A model generated the notes under the pieces. The model was not told the origin of the DNA and did no database searches. It was given only the letters and a program-made list of their open reading frames with translations. The translations under genes and the position numbers were made by a program. Positions 8,217 to 16,390 of a stretch of DNA of 40,576 nucleotides are shown one piece after another (position 1 is the first letter of the stretch; the number at the start of each line of letters is the position of its first letter). The DNA comes from Patescibacteria group bacterium (GTDB lineage Bacteria > Patescibacteriota > Patescibacteriia > Patescibacteriales > UBA12465): the NCBI GenBank assembly GCA_041676225.1, contig JBAYSI010000001.1:1-40576 (forward strand), written 5' to 3'.

Positions 8217-8727
8217 TTGTTTTTTTATTTTTGTTAATATATTGATATTAACATATTTTATAATATTTTTAAATATGTTAATATTAAGTAGTAATTTTTA
8301 CTATATGGGATTTTTTATAAAAATTTATGACAACCTTATATTAGGCGTTAATAATGCTAAGGTTATTTTGGCTAATTTTTACAGGCCTCTTTATATGAGG
8401 GTGTTTTATATATTAGGAATTGTTTTAAATTTATTCTTGTGGATATTTTCATATTTTATATTTAACAATGTTACACAAGATAGAATAATCTTACATTATA
8501 ATGTTGATATGGGTATAGATTTGATCGGTGACAAGATTGATATATTCAACCTGCCAGCTATAGGCTTTTTAGTTATATTAATGAATAAGATTTTTTTATT
8601 AATATTCCTAAAGAAAAAGTTTACAGATTATAAGTTTATATCTAAGTATAGTTCAGTTTTTATGATCTTTTCTCAGATAATTCTTATTTTAGTTGTTTTT
8701 AGTATATACTCAATTAATTTTAAATAA
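8197..8727 (+). CDS. Hypothetical polytopic membrane protein (start uncertain: ATG 8197, 8275 or 8305)
   Basis: 176 aa as drawn. It has TM helices flanking a conserved-looking loop (ILHYNVDMGIDLIGDK). ATG 8197 would overlap the divergent GT2 start by 20 nt, so a later ATG is more likely. Confidence 0.5.
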   Translation: MIQKIFICFFIFVNILILTYFIIFLNMLILSSNFYYMGFFIKIYDNLILGVNNAKVILANFYRPLYMRVFYILGIVLNLFLWIFSYFIFNNVTQDRIILHYNVDMGIDLIGDKIDIFNLPAIGFLVILMNKIFLLIFLKKKFTDYKFISKYSSVFMIFSQIILILVVFSIYSINFK

Positions 8728-8731
8728 AGAT

Positions 8732-9784
8732 ATGGAATTTCAAGTTATAAAAATATTATTTTTAGCTACCTTTGCTTTTGTTTTTACTGTTTTATGGACC
8801 CCTATTTTAACTAATTTTTTATATAAAAATAAGCTAGGTAAAAAAATAAGAAACAGTGGAGAAACTCCAGTTTTTAGTAGTCTTCATGCTCATAAGGCGG
8901 GGACTCCAACAATGGGCGGTATATTGATTTGGGGTACTTTGTTTGTTTTTATAATGGCTTTTTATTATCTTAGTCTTATTTTCCCAGATAGCAATATTGC
9001 TTATTTAAATTTTCTATCTCAGAAAGAGACACTTCTTCCTTTGGGTGCTTTAATGGCCTCAGCTTTAATAGGTCTTTTAGATGATTGGCTAGATGTTTCT
9101 GGCAAGGGATCATCTGGTGGTGGTGGTTTAAAAATGAGTCATAGGCTTTTAGTTTACACCTTGATTGCTATAATTGGCGCTTTGTGGTTTTATTTTAAAT
9201 TAGACTGGACTTCTATACACGTTCCTTTTCTTGGTTTTTTTGAAATTGGTTGGTGGTATATTCCGGTATTTATCTTTATAATAGTCGCGACATCTTTCTC
9301 TGTTAATGAGACTGACGGATTAGATGGTCTAGCTGGCGGCCCACTTCTTTTTTCTTTCGCCTCTTATGGCGTAATAGCTTTTGCTATGGGTAGATATGAT
9401 TTAGCAACTTTTTGTGGTGTTCTAGTCGGGGCTTTATTAGCTTTTTTGTGGTTCAATATTCCTCCAGCTCGCTTCTATATGGGAGATACTGGATCAATGA
9501 GCCTGGGTGTAACCTTGGGTATTATTGCTATTTTAACTAATAACATTTTAATTTTACCCTTTATTGGCTTTGTTTTTTTAATAGAGTCTGTTTCTGTTAT
9601 TTTGCAATTATCATCAAAGAGGATAAGGAAGAAGAAGATATTTATTTCAGCTCCGATACATCACCATTTTCAAGCTTGTGGCTGGCCAGAGGCTAAGGTT
9701 GTTATGAGGTTTTGGTTAATATCAGCAGTTGCAGCCTCTATTGGTTTAATGATATTCCTTTTTGATAAGACATTTGTATATTAA
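8732..9784 (+). CDS. mraY: Phospho-N-acetylmuramoyl-pentapeptide transferase
   Basis: LDDWLDV, NETDGLDGLAGG and APIHHHF motifs in a polytopic protein. I place the start at ATG 8732 (MEFQVIK...), not the upstream TTG 8693 of the ORF track. Confidence 0.92.
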   Translation: MEFQVIKILFLATFAFVFTVLWTPILTNFLYKNKLGKKIRNSGETPVFSSLHAHKAGTPTMGGILIWGTLFVFIMAFYYLSLIFPDSNIAYLNFLSQKETLLPLGALMASALIGLLDDWLDVSGKGSSGGGGLKMSHRLLVYTLIAIIGALWFYFKLDWTSIHVPFLGFFEIGWWYIPVFIFIIVATSFSVNETDGLDGLAGGPLLFSFASYGVIAFAMGRYDLATFCGVLVGALLAFLWFNIPPARFYMGDTGSMSLGVTLGIIAILTNNILILPFIGFVFLIESVSVILQLSSKRIRKKKIFISAPIHHHFQACGWPEAKVVMRFWLISAVAASIGLMIFLFDKTFVY

Positions 9785-9790
9785 TTATCT

Positions 9791-10936
9791 ATGGATAAAA
9801 TTAAAAACAAAAAACTTTTAAGTCCTGATAAATATTTATTATCTGTTGTTTTTCTTCTTATAGCTTTTGGGCTAATAATGCTTTTTAGTGCCTCGCTAGC
9901 AGTAGCTCAATCAAATTTTGGAGATCCTTATCATTATATAAGAGGCCAAATATTTGGATTAATTTTAGGTCTTTTTTTGTTTTTATTTTTCTATAGGGTT
10001 GATTATCGTTTTTTTAAGAAATATTCATTATCTTTTTTAATATTGTCCTTAATTTTACTAACCCTGGTTTTTGTTCCTGGGCTAAGAAACGATTATGGAA
10101 ATTCTTACTCTTGGATTGTTATTTTTGGTCAGTCTATTCAGGTTTCAGAAATTGTTAAACTATCTTTTCTTTTCTACTTAGCTGGCTGGTTAGAGTCTAG
10201 AAAGGATGAACTAAAGGCTGTTTCAACAGGAATAATACCTTTTTTGACGGTTCTTTCTCTTATTGCTTTTTTATTATTAAAGCAGCCAGATTTAGGAACT
10301 TTTTTAATGATAGGGTTTATCGCCTTCATGGTTTACATGGTTGCTGGTGGTAATTTTAGTCATTTATTCTTTATTTTTTTAATTTTAGCTATCGCCGTCT
10401 TATCTGTTTTTAATACTATAAATTCTGGAGAAGATAGTAGGGTTTTTAGGTCTTATCAGGCTGATAGAATAAAATGTTTACAAGACCCTAGTTATGATAG
10501 GGATGTTTGTTATCAGGTTAATCAAGCTATGATAGCGGCTGGTTCGGGTGGTATTTTTGGAGTGGGACTAGGAGAGAGTCGTCAAAAATTTAATTACCTA
10601 CCAGAGGTTTGGGCTGATTCTATATTCCCAATTATTGCCGAGGAGATAGGTTTTATAGGTTCTTTTTTGCTTATACTTATTTATTTTTACATATTTATAA
10701 AAGGGATGATCATAGCTTCAAGAGCTCCTGACCTCTTCGGTAAATCTCTAGCTACAGGTATATCTGTTTGGATATTTTTTCAGGCTTTTCTAAATATTGG
10801 TGGCATGATAAACTTAATACCAATGACAGGAGTTCCTCTTCCTTTTGTTAGCGCCGGAGGTACTTCACTATTTATGCTTTTAGCAGCTTTTGGTGTTTTG
10901 ATTAATATTAGTAGGCAGACTTATGAAAAAAAATAG
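9791..10936 (+). CDS. ftsW: SEDS-family peptidoglycan glycosyltransferase FtsW
   Basis: 381 aa with ~10 TM helices. Conserved PDLGT and PLPFVSAGGTS blocks. Position between mraY and murG. Confidence 0.88.
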   Translation: MDKIKNKKLLSPDKYLLSVVFLLIAFGLIMLFSASLAVAQSNFGDPYHYIRGQIFGLILGLFLFLFFYRVDYRFFKKYSLSFLILSLILLTLVFVPGLRNDYGNSYSWIVIFGQSIQVSEIVKLSFLFYLAGWLESRKDELKAVSTGIIPFLTVLSLIAFLLLKQPDLGTFLMIGFIAFMVYMVAGGNFSHLFFIFLILAIAVLSVFNTINSGEDSRVFRSYQADRIKCLQDPSYDRDVCYQVNQAMIAAGSGGIFGVGLGESRQKFNYLPEVWADSIFPIIAEEIGFIGSFLLILIYFYIFIKGMIIASRAPDLFGKSLATGISVWIFFQAFLNIGGMINLIPMTGVPLPFVSAGGTSLFMLLAAFGVLINISRQTYEKK

Positions 10937-11999
10937 AAAAAAAATCATTTTAAGTGGTGGGGGGACGGCTGGACCAGTTGTGCCACTTCTTTTTATTAAT
11001 AAAAAATTAAAAGATGATTACGATCTTTTATTTGTTGGCACTTATAATGGTATTGAAAGAAAAATAATTGAAGATGAAAATATTAAATACAGAGCTATTT
11101 GCAGTGGAAAATTTAGGAGATATTTTTCTTTGGATAATTTTATTGATATTTTTAAAATATTCGCAGGTTTTTGGCAATCTTTATTTTTGATTATAAAGGA
11201 GAGGCCAAGCATTGTTATTAGCGCTGGTGGATTTGTGGCTGTTCCTCTTAGTTTGGCCGCTTACATCTTAAGAGTTCCAGTATTAATTCATCAACAAGAT
11301 GTCTTGCCCGGATTAGCTAATAAACTAATTGCTCCATTTGCAAAAACAATAACGGTTACTTTTAAAAGCTCTATAGATTATTATGGCAAGAAGGCTGTTT
11401 TAATAGGTAATACAGGAATTGAGATTGATAATTATGAAGATGAGGGATTGTATGTTTTTGATAAGTATAAATTGAACAAAGAAAAGAAACTCTTGGTTGT
11501 TTTGGGTGGCGGAACTGGTTCTTTTTTTATTAATAATTTAATTTTTAACTCTTTAGATCAATTATTAAAAGAATTCAATATTATTCATATAACTGGTAGC
11601 GAAAACAGAGTTGACGATGTAGGTCCTGAAAGAGACAATTATTATTCATCTAGTTTCATGAAACACGATGAGTTGATTAATGTTTTTAAGGCTAGTGATT
11701 TAGTAGTTTCTAGATGTGGTCTTTCAACTCTAACAGAGATATCTTTTCTCAAAAAAGCATCTATATTAATTCCTATGCCCAATTCTCATCAAGAATATAA
11801 TGCTTTTGAATTTAAAGATAGGGAAGCAGCTATTGTTTTAAATGAGAAAGACTTAACGGTTGAAATTTTTATTGAGAATGTTATTAGAGTATCAAGCGAT
11901 ACGGACCTTAGAAATAGATTAATTAAAAATTCTGCCAAGGTAATAAAAAATGGCAATCAAGAGATGATTGCCATTATTAGAAATGTCTTAGAGGATTAA
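10923..11999 (+). CDS. murG: UDP-N-acetylglucosamine--N-acetylmuramyl-(pentapeptide) pyrophosphoryl-undecaprenol GlcNAc transferase
   Basis: N-terminal G-loop SGGGTAGPVVP, second G-loop VLGGGTGS, GT28 C-terminal block. It overlaps the ftsW end by 14 nt. Confidence 0.88.
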   Translation: MKKNRKKIILSGGGTAGPVVPLLFINKKLKDDYDLLFVGTYNGIERKIIEDENIKYRAICSGKFRRYFSLDNFIDIFKIFAGFWQSLFLIIKERPSIVISAGGFVAVPLSLAAYILRVPVLIHQQDVLPGLANKLIAPFAKTITVTFKSSIDYYGKKAVLIGNTGIEIDNYEDEGLYVFDKYKLNKEKKLLVVLGGGTGSFFINNLIFNSLDQLLKEFNIIHITGSENRVDDVGPERDNYYSSSFMKHDELINVFKASDLVVSRCGLSTLTEISFLKKASILIPMPNSHQEYNAFEFKDREAAIVLNEKDLTVEIFIENVIRVSSDTDLRNRLIKNSAKVIKNGNQEMIAIIRNVLED

Positions 12000-12001
12000 A
12001 G

Positions 12002-12205
12002 TTAATCTTCCGTTTCTTCATCTTTAGACATTTCTTCTGCCCATTTTTGGGCAGTTTTTTTAGCCTCTTCAACTGACATTTTGTCGCCGGTTAAAGATTC
12101 TTTAAAAAAATCTTGCAAATCTCTTTTTGAGGTTTGCTCATTTAGCCGATTTATTTCTTCGGCTGAAAAAAGTGCATTCATCTTTACCTCCTTTTTTTTA
12201 TTCAT
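12002..12205 (-). CDS. Small acidic hypothetical protein (probable true start ATG at 12181, giving 59 aa)
   Basis: The internal ATG (MNALFSAEEINRL...) is preceded by AAGGAGGT at optimal spacing. This is the only strong Shine-Dalgarno motif I see in the window. It is the last gene of the minus-strand cassette, and its stop lies 2 nt from the murG stop. Confidence 0.5.
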   Translation of the reverse strand: MNKKKEVKMNALFSAEEINRLNEQTSKRDLQDFFKESLTGDKMSVEEAKKTAQKWAEEMSKDEETED

Positions 12206-12209
12206 AAAT

Positions 12210-13622
12210 TTATTTTTTTAATTCTTGTGAAATTTCAGCCAATTTTTTGCAAAATGGTTCTAAGAAATTTGTGTTAAATTTGCTAATAAATATATACAAA
12301 GGTAAATCCTTAGACTTGTCTACCTCCTTGTATAAACTGGTGTACTTATCTATTAATTCTTTTTTACTATTTATAGTTAGTTGAATTTCTTTAATTATTT
12401 CATCTTTATTTTCGTTTTCTAGATTGCCTATTTTTTCTTCTATATTTCTGTATTCAGTTATTAAATTATTTTGCTCTGGTATTATTTCTTTTTTTAAATT
12501 TTCAATCGATGGTTGTAGGTGTCCCTCATTTAGTATATTGGTTAAACCTAAGCCACTTTTTTCTACTTTACTATCTTTAAAGTGCCTACTTATATCAATA
12601 AAGTTTCTAAGCAGTAATTTATCTTCTGGTGTCTTGCATAAAGTTTTAACTTCTCTTATTAATTTAACAGAATCACCGCCTTTTAATTCAAAAAGATTAG
12701 CTAGACGATTGATAAATTTGTCTGATTTATTCTTAGGATCACTTAATAGGGCTGATTCAAAATTAAAATCTTTTATTTCTGTGGATAAATTTTTAAAATA
12801 TAATTCAACCTGGCCCTCTTTGTCTAAGATACTAAATTTTTCTGTTTCTGATAATTCATTTTCTATCACTTTGTATTTTGTATCTTTAGCACCGGGGTTT
12901 ATTAAGCCGTTAGGATCTTCCGTTTTCTGGCCAAATGCTTCCATTTCTACCTCTTTTTCTTCTTTTTCACCTTTTTCATTTATTATTTCAATTTTTATTT
13001 TTCCGCTAATAAAAGGGCAACTGGTTGTTTCTGCTATTCCGGTTTTAAATCCAAGATTTTCAAACTCTTTTGATATTTTATCAAAATCTTTTTCATGAAA
13101 AATAATATCAATATCATCTGGTTGTTTTTTGCTGTCCTCTGCATTTATTAAAAAAGCTATTGAACCTGTCACGTACCAAGGGTAGTCACATTTATTAAAT
13201 ATATTTGCACAAACTTTCAGTGCTTCTTTTTGTTGATTTGGTATCTTATTTTCAAGTTTTTCTTTTTCTTCTTTGTTAGCTGTTCTTATTTCTAGTCTAC
13301 TCCTTATTTCTTCCGGGGAAGGGTGGTCCTCTATATTTATTTCTCCTTCTAGTTCTTTGTATAGATTTCTAATTTTTTCTTGGATATTATTGAAGTCGTT
13401 AATAATATCAACATCTTCTGGATTCTCTGTTTCATATTTCTTCATATCAAAAAGAAGCTCTTCGTATCTTTTTTCAGAAAGAACTTTTTCTTTTTTTATG
13501 CTCTCTATTATCAATCTAGACTCCTCAAATATTTTATCCAGTGGAGATTTTTCAATGTCGTCACTCTCTCTTTCTATGACGTCTAAATCTTCGAATTGTG
13601 AATTATTTTTTTTGTACTCCAT
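12210..13622 (-). CDS. Hypothetical protein with a central pol-beta-superfamily nucleotidyltransferase-fold motif, flanked by Glu/Lys-rich helical regions
   Basis: 470 aa. PWYVTGSIAFLINAEDSKKQPDDIDIIFHEKDFDKISKEFENLGF fits the hG[GS]-x(9-15)-DhD minimal-NTase signature, as in Lnu/ANT-type enzymes. A further acidic candidate lies in EVEMEAFG. The C-terminal ~180 aa are helical. Confidence 0.45.
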   Translation of the reverse strand: MEYKKNNSQFEDLDVIERESDDIEKSPLDKIFEESRLIIESIKKEKVLSEKRYEELLFDMKKYETENPEDVDIINDFNNIQEKIRNLYKELEGEINIEDHPSPEEIRSRLEIRTANKEEKEKLENKIPNQQKEALKVCANIFNKCDYPWYVTGSIAFLINAEDSKKQPDDIDIIFHEKDFDKISKEFENLGFKTGIAETTSCPFISGKIKIEIINEKGEKEEKEVEMEAFGQKTEDPNGLINPGAKDTKYKVIENELSETEKFSILDKEGQVELYFKNLSTEIKDFNFESALLSDPKNKSDKFINRLANLFELKGGDSVKLIREVKTLCKTPEDKLLLRNFIDISRHFKDSKVEKSGLGLTNILNEGHLQPSIENLKKEIIPEQNNLITEYRNIEEKIGNLENENKDEIIKEIQLTINSKKELIDKYTSLYKEVDKSKDLPLYIFISKFNTNFLEPFCKKLAEISQELKK

Positions 13623-13627
13623 ATTTG

Positions 13628-13807
13628 TTAGTAGTTATTTTTTATTTTTTCCTGTATTCTTTTTATTTCCTCCATTTCTCTTTTTTTTATATAGTTCAAT
13701 ACAATTTCTTCTTGCCTTAACTGTAGTTTTTTAATCTCTTTGGTATATCCATTATATACCTCTTTTATATGGTCTATTTTTTTTAATATTTCTTTATCTT
13801 CAGTCAT
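13628..13807 (-). CDS. Small coiled-coil hypothetical protein (59 aa; not in the ORF track)
   Basis: Manual translation gives MTEDKEILKKIDHIKEVYNGYTKEIKKLQLRQEEIVLNYIKKREMEEIKRIQEKIKNNY-stop. It ends 5 nt before the start of the 470-aa gene and follows a TTGACA-17-TATTAT promoter. Confidence 0.45.
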   Translation of the reverse strand: MTEDKEILKKIDHIKEVYNGYTKEIKKLQLRQEEIVLNYIKKREMEEIKRIQEKIKNNY

Positions 13808-13819
13808 AATTAACTTTTA

Positions 13820-13848
13820 ATAATACACTATTTTTTAGTTTTTGTCAA
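13820..13848 (-). promoter_or_regulatory. Promoter of the minus-strand three-gene cassette
   Basis: On the minus strand: TTGACA (13848-13843), 17 nt, TATTAT (13825-13820). Only ~12 nt separate the -10 box from ATG 13807, so the mRNA would be nearly leaderless. Confidence 0.5.
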
Positions 13849-13862
13849 TATTTGTTTATTTT

Positions 13863-13889
13863 TTGATTTTTTCTAAATTGTGCTATAAT
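13863..13889 (+). promoter_or_regulatory. Re-initiation promoter for murC-murB
   Basis: Extended -10 TGCTATAAT (13881-13889) with a weak -35 TTGATT (13863-13868, 15-nt spacer). It lies 37 nt upstream of ATG 13926. Confidence 0.45.
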
Positions 13890-13925
13890 TATTTTACTAT
13901 TTATTTACATATTTTACAAACTATT

Positions 13926-15356
13926 ATGTTCACTGATAAAGATGTTAATATATATATGGTTGGTATTAAGGGGGTTGGCATGGCAATGCTAGCTCAGTTT
14001 TTATCTTCTAAAGGATTTAATGTTTCCGGCTCTGATGTTGAAGAGGAGTTTCAAACTGACAAGACATTGTCTAATGCAAAAATCAAAGTTAAGCATGGAT
14101 TTTCTTTAAATAATTTTCCCGGAAAAATAGATTTAGTTATACGGTCCTCAGCTTTTGATGTTAAGAAAAATATTGAATTAAAATTTTTAGCAAAAAGAGG
14201 CTTTAAAATAGTTACTTATGCCGAGGCTTTAGGCTCTTTATTTGATTCATATTTTGGTATTTCTGTTTGTGGCAGTCATGGTAAAACAACGGTCACTTCT
14301 TGGTTGGGGCACGTTTTAAATGTTGCCAAATTAGAACCAAATGTTTTAAGCGGTTCTTACGTTAGGCAATTTAAGGGAAGTTCTTTAATTGGTAAATCAA
14401 AATATTTTATAGTGGAGTCTGATGAGTATCAGAACAAACTACAATATTTTAATCCAAGGGCCGTAATTTTGAATAATATAGACTTTGATCATCCTGATTA
14501 TTTTAAGAATGAGAAAGAGTATGTAAAGGTTTTTGCTGATTTTATAAAAAAAATTCCAAGTAATGGTTTTATAGTTTTTAATGGTGAGGACAAATTAGCA
14601 ACTAAGGTTTCTTTAAAAAGTAAGAGTAGGTTGGTTTCTTATTTTATAGACAAAAATTACGTTAAGGAGGGTGTGGGTCACAAAATATATCAAGCTAAAA
14701 ATATTAAAACTAAAAAAGCAGGACAATCGTTTTCTCTTTATAGAAACAACAGAAAGATTTCTGATTTTGATATATCTTTAATGGGTAGGCATAATGTATT
14801 AAATTCTTTGGCTGTAATTGCAGCTTCTTTTGAGATGAACGTGCCTTTAGATAGTTTAAAAAGAGGCTTAAAGTCTTTTAATGGTGCCTCCCGTAGATTT
14901 GATGTTTTAGGATCTTATAAAGGGGCTGTTGTTGTGGATGATTACGCTCATCATCCAAGAGAGGTTAAGGCTTGTTTAGATGCTGTTAAACAAAAATATC
15001 CAAAAAAGAAAATAATTTGCGTTTTTCATCCTCACACTATAAGCAGAACAAAAGCTTTTTTAAATGAATTTGCCGAGAGTTTTTCTGTTTGTGATTCTTT
15101 GTTTCTGTTAGAAATATATACTTCAGCTAGAGAAAAAACTGGTAAACTCTCCAGTCTTGACTTGCTTGATAAAATAAAGCAGTATAATTTAAGTGCTGGA
15201 ATTAATCAGGATTTGAAATATTTTAAAGATATGGTCGAAGTTGAAAATGAATTGAGAAATATGGCTGATAGTGATAAAGTTTTTTTATTACTAGGAGCTG
15301 GTGATGTTTTTAGAATCGCTTATAAACTATTAAATATTAACTCTTCTAATATATAA
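13926..15356 (+). CDS. murC: UDP-N-acetylmuramate--L-alanine ligase
   Basis: GIKGVGMAMLA Rossmann N-terminus, CGSHGKTTVTSW P-loop, ESDEYQ and NIDFDHPDYF blocks (Bacillus-type MurC pattern). The start is taken at ATG 13926, not the upstream TTG 13842. Confidence 0.88.
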   Translation: MFTDKDVNIYMVGIKGVGMAMLAQFLSSKGFNVSGSDVEEEFQTDKTLSNAKIKVKHGFSLNNFPGKIDLVIRSSAFDVKKNIELKFLAKRGFKIVTYAEALGSLFDSYFGISVCGSHGKTTVTSWLGHVLNVAKLEPNVLSGSYVRQFKGSSLIGKSKYFIVESDEYQNKLQYFNPRAVILNNIDFDHPDYFKNEKEYVKVFADFIKKIPSNGFIVFNGEDKLATKVSLKSKSRLVSYFIDKNYVKEGVGHKIYQAKNIKTKKAGQSFSLYRNNRKISDFDISLMGRHNVLNSLAVIAASFEMNVPLDSLKRGLKSFNGASRRFDVLGSYKGAVVVDDYAHHPREVKACLDAVKQKYPKKKIICVFHPHTISRTKAFLNEFAESFSVCDSLFLLEIYTSAREKTGKLSSLDLLDKIKQYNLSAGINQDLKYFKDMVEVENELRNMADSDKVFLLLGAGDVFRIAYKLLNINSSNI

Positions 15357-15360
15357 ATTT

Positions 15361-16380
15361 ATGAAAATAGAAAGAGATGTTAAGTTGTCAAAATTTTCCA
15401 CATTTAAGATTGGCGGTATAGCTAAATATTTTGTTGTTGTTAAAGAAGAAAAAGATGTAATGGAGGCTATTTCTTGGGCGAGAAGAAGGGGGAAGAAAAT
15501 ATTTGTTTTAGGTGGAGGATCTAATGTTCTTTTACCTGACAGGGATTATTCTGGTTTGGTGATTAAGAGTGAAATAAAGGGCATAGAGATTATTGGACAG
15601 AATGAAGAATTCTCTATAGTTAAGTCTTTTAGTGGGGAGATATGGTCAAAACTTGTTTATTTTACTATCAATAACAACCTATACGGATCAGAAAATTTGC
15701 TACATGTTCCTGGTACCGTTGGAGCTGCGCCAGTTCAAAATATTGGAGCCTATGGAGCCGAACTCAAAGATGTTTTTTATAATCTTTGCGCCATAGAAAT
15801 TAAAACTGGAGAGAAAAAATATTTTAATTTAAAGGATTGTAATTTTGGTTACAGAAGTAGTTTTTTTAAAGAGGGTGGTAAGGATAAATATTTTATACTT
15901 TGGGTAGAAATGAAATTTAAAAAAAACAAGGAGTTTAATTTATCATATGGTGGGGTTAGAGAAAAATTGGATGAAAAGGGTATAAAAGATCCAGAGGTGA
16001 AAGATGTTGTTGACGCTATTTGGGATATTAGAAGTAGCAAGATACCAAACCCAGCCGTATTGCCTAACGCAGGATCATTTTTTAAAAATCCAGTCGTTAG
16101 TCAAGAATTTTTAAATGATTTAAGAAAAAAATTCCCTGAAATTAAAAGCTTTCCAGATAAAAATGGTTTTAAAATACCAACAGCTTGGTTAATAGAGAAG
16201 TGTGGCCTTAAGGGTTATAGGCAGGGTGATGCTGGGGTTTTTGAGAAACAGGCCCTGATACTGGTTAACCATGGTAGAGCTAGCCAGAAAGACATCTTAA
16301 ATCTTTCTGACTTGATAAGAAAAAAAGTTTTTGATAAATTCTCTATAGATATAGAGCCTGAAGTTAGTGTAATAAAATAA
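15361..16380 (+). CDS. murB: UDP-N-acetylenolpyruvoylglucosamine reductase
   Basis: FAD/PCMH N-terminus (KFSTFKIGG, GGGSNVL), NAGSFFKNP and GLKGYRQGDAGV blocks. 339 aa. Confidence 0.92.
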   Translation: MKIERDVKLSKFSTFKIGGIAKYFVVVKEEKDVMEAISWARRRGKKIFVLGGGSNVLLPDRDYSGLVIKSEIKGIEIIGQNEEFSIVKSFSGEIWSKLVYFTINNNLYGSENLLHVPGTVGAAPVQNIGAYGAELKDVFYNLCAIEIKTGEKKYFNLKDCNFGYRSSFFKEGGKDKYFILWVEMKFKKNKEFNLSYGGVREKLDEKGIKDPEVKDVVDAIWDIRSSKIPNPAVLPNAGSFFKNPVVSQEFLNDLRKKFPEIKSFPDKNGFKIPTAWLIEKCGLKGYRQGDAGVFEKQALILVNHGRASQKDILNLSDLIRKKVFDKFSIDIEPEVSVIK

Positions 16381-16390
16381 TTCAACATAT

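Noticed and set aside
11941-12060. Apparent 1-nt discrepancy when hand-indexing the printed sequence: an extra g at the 11940/11941 line break and one t too few at 12060/12061. Read literally, it would frameshift the murG 3' end and the small minus-strand ORF.
   Set aside because: The supplied ORF track shows both ORFs intact, and its coordinates are self-consistent on both sides. This is most likely my reading error in homopolymer runs, so I used the track coordinates.
12424-13734. Plus-strand ORFs 12424..13098, 13273..13734 and 13380..13586 overlapping the 470-aa minus-strand gene
   Set aside because: They are mirror-image ORFs of a Glu/Lys-rich gene, with F/S/L-rich translations. The minus-strand frame carries the only recognisable motif (the NTase GS...DxD) and tight operon spacing.
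7220-13848. The two minus-strand cassettes as mobile elements
   Set aside because: There is no transposase, integrase or recombinase, and I could find no terminal inverted repeats or target-site duplications by eye. They are reported only as insertions relative to canonical dcw order.
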